Assembly (NCBI RefSeq): GCF_001443605.1
Contig: NZ_CP013118.1
Location: 1,115,075 to 1,147,074 of the forward strand
From: Salinivirga cyanobacteriivorans
GTDB lineage: Bacteria; Bacteroidota; Bacteroidia; Bacteroidales; Salinivirgaceae
DNA length: 32,000 bases
Reading direction: 5' to 3'
The position numbers were made by a program, and so were the translations under genes. Every line of letters starts with the position of its first letter. Position 1 is the first letter of the stretch. Below, piece by piece: positions 27,518 through 32,000 of this stretch. The notes beneath the pieces are model-generated. The model was not told where the DNA came from. It saw only the letters and a program-made list of their open reading frames with translations, and did not search any database.

Positions 27518-28908
27518 TTATTTATTACCCGGTTCTCGTAGTTAGTTTTTTTATAATAGGGCTGCTTTTACGTGTAAACAGGTTTGTATTTCACAGGTTG
27601 GCAGAAAACAGCGTTGGTCTGGTAGATGGCTTAATATCAGCCACAGAAGAAGATGAAAAAATTAAAGAGGTACAGCAAAAAACCAATGGTTTGGTTGCTG
27701 CTCTGCTTAAAATGTTCCTGGTCATAATCATTGCTTTCGCTGCGGGGAGCATTCCTATAATCATTTATGCATTGGCCACAGGAACGAGCTACGCTGAACT
27801 CGATTTTTTCTCCTTTTATGCCATACTTTTTCTCTCTTTGGGTGCTACTATTCCCTTTATAATTCCACTGGGAAAGAAAAAAGAATCGAGTTACTCCGAG
27901 CTCTCACAGCTATTGCACAGAATGGCACTCGACAACTACAACATTTCCAACCGGCTGTTCAAAAGAGAACGAAAAAAGATTAGAAAAAAAGGGTTTAACA
28001 AGAAACCCGATTTCGTTATCGTATCCGGGCTGGCCAGAGCGGGAACCACTAGCCTTATGAATGATTTGTCGGAGGTTGATGGTTTTGTGTCGCTCAATTA
28101 TGCCAACATGCCTTTCCTGATGGCCCCAAACACCTGGCGCAAATTCTACAAACCGAAAACCAAGAAGCTCAAAGAGCGCAGCCACAAAGATGGCATTATG
28201 ATTGGCTATAACTCCAATGAAGCACTGGAAGAATATTTCTTTAAGGTAAAAGCCGATGATGCTTTCATAAAACCCGATCACCTTACAGAATACGTTATCA
28301 CAGAAGAGACGTACAATGACTACCTGGACTACCAAAACATCATTAAACTTGATGATAAAAAAACGTACCTGGCCAAAAACAACAACTTCATTTTAAGGTA
28401 CAAATCCATGCGTGAGTTCAATGATGAATTCATTATGGTACTGATGTTTCGGGACCCACTTACACATGCTGCATCTTTAATGGAAAAGCACCTCGAATAT
28501 CAAAAACTGCAAAAAGAAGACCCATTTGTGCTTGAATACATGAACTGGTTGGGGCATCACGAATTTGGCCTGAATCAAAAACCTTTTGTTTTCAGTGAGC
28601 ATGCATACCATAATCAATATGATAAAACCAGCTTAAACTATTGGTTAAAAAACTGGATTTATTATTACCAATACATCCTAAAAACCGATCACCCGAACAC
28701 ACTGCTCATCAACTATGATGATTATTGTAAAAACCCCGGCTCTATTGTAGAAACCGTGCTGCAAAAAACAACAATATCCGCTGACATACCGGATTACAAG
28801 GCCTTCAATAATTCACGAAAAACAAATCGCGAATACGATAAAAGCCTTTATGAGGAAGCACAGCAAGTTTACTCGAAACTTATTGACAAGGTAAGCAACA
28901 TAAAATGA
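27514..28908 (+). CDS. Membrane-anchored sulfotransferase (N-terminal polytopic domain fused to a PAPS-type sulfotransferase domain)
   Basis: The first ~120 aa contain about 3 TM helices. A 5'-PSB loop (FVIVSGLARAGTTSLMNDL) and a 3'-PB motif (MFRDPLTHAASL) follow. Confidence 0.75.
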   Translation: MIIYYPVLVVSFFIIGLLLRVNRFVFHRLAENSVGLVDGLISATEEDEKIKEVQQKTNGLVAALLKMFLVIIIAFAAGSIPIIIYALATGTSYAELDFFSFYAILFLSLGATIPFIIPLGKKKESSYSELSQLLHRMALDNYNISNRLFKRERKKIRKKGFNKKPDFVIVSGLARAGTTSLMNDLSEVDGFVSLNYANMPFLMAPNTWRKFYKPKTKKLKERSHKDGIMIGYNSNEALEEYFFKVKADDAFIKPDHLTEYVITEETYNDYLDYQNIIKLDDKKTYLAKNNNFILRYKSMREFNDEFIMVLMFRDPLTHAASLMEKHLEYQKLQKEDPFVLEYMNWLGHHEFGLNQKPFVFSEHAYHNQYDKTSLNYWLKNWIYYYQYILKTDHPNTLLINYDDYCKNPGSIVETVLQKTTISADIPDYKAFNNSRKTNREYDKSLYEEAQQVYSKLIDKVSNIK

Positions 28909-29068
28909 GAAACACAAGAAAAATTAAGAATTGTTAAGGCCTGCGCGTTATTTATCTTTTATATTTGTCTAAACGGTTAAATTCTATAATCTTGAGCATT
29001 TTTTCTTGAAAAATTAATATGAAAAAAAAATTCTGACTTATACCATAATTACCATTATCGGAACTCTA

Positions 29069-30493
29069 ATGTATTTTGCATTTATTCACAATCTTGGTAA
29101 ACTATCTATAAGGTTATGGGATGAATCTCGAATGGCAAATAATGCTATAGAGATGTACGAGCATGGGGATTTTATAATAAAGCATTTTGACGGAAAACCT
29201 GATAATTGGAGCTCAAAACCACCTTTTACCGTATGGATGCAAACTCTATCATTCCATTTATTTGGAATTAATGAATTTACTTTTAGACTTCCATCAGCAT
29301 TAGCTGGCATATTAACAAGTTTGATTCTATTATTTTTCTCGTTTAAGATTATAAAAAACGAGCTACATGGTATTTTAAGCTTAATGGTACTTATTTCAAT
29401 TGTCGGTTATGTTGGATATCACGTAACTCGAACAGGAGATAATGATGCCATATTAACATTATGGACAACACTTGGAGCTTTGTCTTTTTTCAGTTTCACT
29501 GAAAATAAAAACAAAAAATATCTTTATCTGGGTTTTATTTCATTTGCCCTTGGGGTATTAACTAAAAGCGTTGCCGCACTCTTTTTAACTCCTGGAATTT
29601 TGATTTATATTTTAATCTCAAAAAAAATTAAAGTTTTCTTTTTAAATAAGCACTTTTACATTGGTATAATTGTATTCTTAATTATTTCTCTTGGATATTA
29701 TTTATTAAGAGATAGCCTATCACCGGGTTATATCAACCATGTATTAGAAAATGAAATATTCAGGTTTCATACAGTAAAAGTTCGTCATTCAGGTCCATTT
29801 TTGTTTTACATAAACAGGCTAAATGAGCAGATTCCGTATTGGTTCTGGGCTACTCTTCTAATTCCTTTTGTGTACATTTCTAAAAAATTAAATCCTGTTG
29901 CTAAAAGATTCACAACATTTTCCATAATTATTGTTTTAACATACTTGTTAGTAATTTCTACAAGTCAAACAAAACTGCCTTGGTACATTGCACAAGTATT
30001 TCCAATTTGGGCTTCTCTAATAGCAATAATTGTAACTTCATTAATAAAATTCAAAAAAAGCCTGATTATTAAAGGAATAATACTGTCTATTTTTATTACA
30101 ATATTTTACTTAAACTATTCTTTAATATTAAGAAATAACAATCATACAAATTGGGAAATGGTAATGGTACAATTTGGTTATTTAAATGATCATTTTAACC
30201 TAAACGAATACACCGCGGTATCAGAAAAATATAGTGCTCCAGTTGTTTTTTATGTTAAAAAAGATATATTAAATGGTAAAAAAGCACGTTACATTAGGGT
30301 ACATAAAAACGGAAATACGACTACAATTTGGCCAAAAAACAAAAAAGGCAAATTAGAAATTGGTGATACTTTAGTTTTTTGCAGTAAAAATTCGGAGAAG
30401 TTCTTTTTACGAATGCACAATACTGAATCCATAAATAAATACAGAAGAATTGAGATACATACCTATAAAGGTTTAAAGGAAAACAATAAGTAA
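29069..30493 (+). CDS. GT-C glycosyltransferase (ArnT / PMT_2 / GT39-83-like), 5' end probably mis-set by an A9 homopolymer
   Basis: The N-terminal loop motif is RLWDESRMANNAIEMYEHGDF...KPPFTVWMQTLSFHLFGINEFTFRLPSALAG, and more than 10 TM helices follow. The frame is open upstream to 29018 and encodes the missing first TM helix. Confidence 0.7.
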   Translation: MYFAFIHNLGKLSIRLWDESRMANNAIEMYEHGDFIIKHFDGKPDNWSSKPPFTVWMQTLSFHLFGINEFTFRLPSALAGILTSLILLFFSFKIIKNELHGILSLMVLISIVGYVGYHVTRTGDNDAILTLWTTLGALSFFSFTENKNKKYLYLGFISFALGVLTKSVAALFLTPGILIYILISKKIKVFFLNKHFYIGIIVFLIISLGYYLLRDSLSPGYINHVLENEIFRFHTVKVRHSGPFLFYINRLNEQIPYWFWATLLIPFVYISKKLNPVAKRFTTFSIIIVLTYLLVISTSQTKLPWYIAQVFPIWASLIAIIVTSLIKFKKSLIIKGIILSIFITIFYLNYSLILRNNNHTNWEMVMVQFGYLNDHFNLNEYTAVSEKYSAPVVFYVKKDILNGKKARYIRVHKNGNTTTIWPKNKKGKLEIGDTLVFCSKNSEKFFLRMHNTESINKYRRIEIHTYKGLKENNK

Positions 30494-30716
30494 CCAATGA
30501 AAACCCCACTCCCCTCGAGTGAGTTATAATTAAAAATCATGCTAATCGCGACTATAAATATTATGATGGGAGGCCCCAAGGTCGTCTCGCTGTAGCAGGT
30601 CTAAACTTGCCTTTTTGAGAAGAGATACTTAAACATCTTAACTAATCTATTTCGATATTAGTTTTTAAAATATTCCTTAAAAATCACTATTTTTACTTTT
30701 ATTTAAATCACTTACC

Positions 30717-31241
30717 ATGAAAAAAACACTGCATATCACGTTAGCTATGGTCATAGTAGCATTGCTGGGAGCATGCTCATCGAGCCCGAAAGATCAGCCG
30801 GAACCGGATTATTTACCTGAATTAAAAGCAGAAATTCCCGCTGAACTACAGGACAACCCTGAAGTTGTGGAATACATCGAAACCACTACCGAAGCCCTAA
30901 ATGAGCTATCAATTAACCTTGAAGACCTTTTTGTAAAAATAGAGCCTTATGTGCAAAAAGACGAAAGTGAACTCTCAACCATGGAAAAGCTCAAAATGAG
31001 CAAACATGTGTTGGCTTTTACAGCACAAATGGCAAAGGTCGGCGCACGAATGGCTACTATGAAGCAAACCTACCACATGATGTCCGACAACCTCACCCAG
31101 GAAGAGCAGCAAGCACTCGATGTGATCAATGAAACCTTTGAGAAACGCATTCGCGAACTGGATAAAAAATATCAGGACCTGGATAACATTCAATTGCACC
31201 CGGACGAAGAAATGCCGGAACCGGATTCTGCAATGGTTTAA
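30717..31241 (+). CDS. Lipoprotein of unknown function (acidic, helical)
   Basis: A signal peptide with the lipobox LLGAC is present. No family recognised. Confidence 0.6.
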   Translation: MKKTLHITLAMVIVALLGACSSSPKDQPEPDYLPELKAEIPAELQDNPEVVEYIETTTEALNELSINLEDLFVKIEPYVQKDESELSTMEKLKMSKHVLAFTAQMAKVGARMATMKQTYHMMSDNLTQEEQQALDVINETFEKRIRELDKKYQDLDNIQLHPDEEMPEPDSAMV

Positions 31242-31246
31242 GAGCA

Positions 31247-32000
31247 TTGCTCAAAGTAATGCTGATTGACGCTAAACTGTTACGTTGGCCCAGGTGTCAT
31301 TGCGGTTGTCCAAAATTAGCATTCAACATACTTTTGTTTACATGAATGTTTTCTCGCAAAGCACGCCACGAGAATAATACGCAGCGCACGCCACGATTTC
31401 CTGCGTTGCGATCGTTGCGCCTTCGTTGCGAACGTTGCGTGAAATAATATTCGAGGATATCATTGATAAACTTCATGAAAAACTTCAGGGCCTTGCTCAA
31501 AGTAATGCTGATTGATGCTGAACAGGTACGATGGCCCAGGAGTCATTGCGGTTGTCCAAAATTAGCATTCAACATACTTTTGTTTACATGAATGTTTTCT
31601 CGCAAAGCACGCCACGAGAATAATACGCAGCGCACGCCACGATTTCCTACGTTGCGATCGTTGCGACTTCGTTGCGAACGTTGCGTGAAATAATATTCGA
31701 GGATATCATTGATAAAACTTCATGAAAAACTTCAGGACCTTGCTCAAAGTAATGCTGATTGATGCTGAACAGGTACGATGGCCCAGGAGTCATTGCGGTT
31801 GTCCAAAATTAGCATTCAACATACTTTTGTTTACATGAATGTTTTCTCGCAAAGCACGCCACGAGAATAATACGCAGCGCACGCCACGATTTCCTGCGTT
31901 GCGATCGTTGCGACTTCGTTGCGAACGTTGCGTGAAATAATATTCGAGGATATCATTGATAAAAACTTCATGAAAAACTTCAGGACCTTGCTCAAAGTAA
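31247..32000. repeat. Tandem repeat of a 246-248 bp unit, at least 3 copies, continuing past the window end
   Basis: The anchor ttgctcaaagtaatg recurs at 31247, 31493, 31740 and 31988. The units are near-identical and differ mainly by A3/A4/A5 in gataaa(a)(a)cttcatg plus a few substitutions. Confidence 0.95.

Noticed and set aside
31297-31500. 67-aa minus-strand ORF inside the first tandem-repeat unit
   Set aside because: It needs a TTG start. In units 2 and 3 the A4/A5 tract shifts the frame right after the internal ATG, so the ORF is not conserved between near-identical copies.

Overview
This is a low-GC segment, probably from a Bacteroidota chromosome. That assignment is an inference from TAnnTTTG-type -7 promoter motifs just upstream of several genes, a Y_Y_Y propeller sensor and lipobox lipoproteins. 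The centre of the window (about 6091-17538) is a complete minus-strand type II-C CRISPR-Cas locus. It contains a divergent compact tracrRNA, a very large cas9 (1526 aa, all nuclease motifs intact), cas1, cas2, a leader, and an array of 25 repeats (36 nt) with 29-30 nt spacers. Three mobile elements have invaded the locus. An IS1634/IS4-like element sits inside the second-to-last CRISPR repeat and has a 4-bp target duplication. A hairpin-flanked HUH/Y1 (RAYT/IS200-like) transposase gene sits in-line between cas9 and cas1. An IS3-family element with a 3-bp target duplication is nested in codon 3-4 of that Y1 gene. The most unusual feature is a roughly 290-aa insertion in Cas9, built from five tandem ~55-60 aa modules and placed between the RuvC 'WGL' motif and the RuvC-III 'DHRHHAIDA' motif. 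The left flank carries a partial ORF, a Nudix hydrolase, a Y_Y_Y-propeller/SpoIIE phosphatase sensor and a YgiQ radical SAM gene. The right flank carries a ClC channel and then a divergent envelope-modification cluster at 19.7-30.5 kb. That cluster encodes an ArnC/GtrB-like GT2, a flippase-like membrane protein, an ArnT-like GT-C, two PAPS-type sulfotransferases (one membrane-anchored), two tandem ASST-like paralogs and a GH5-like lipoprotein. A lipoprotein gene follows, and then a near-identical ~246-248 bp tandem repeat that runs off the window end.
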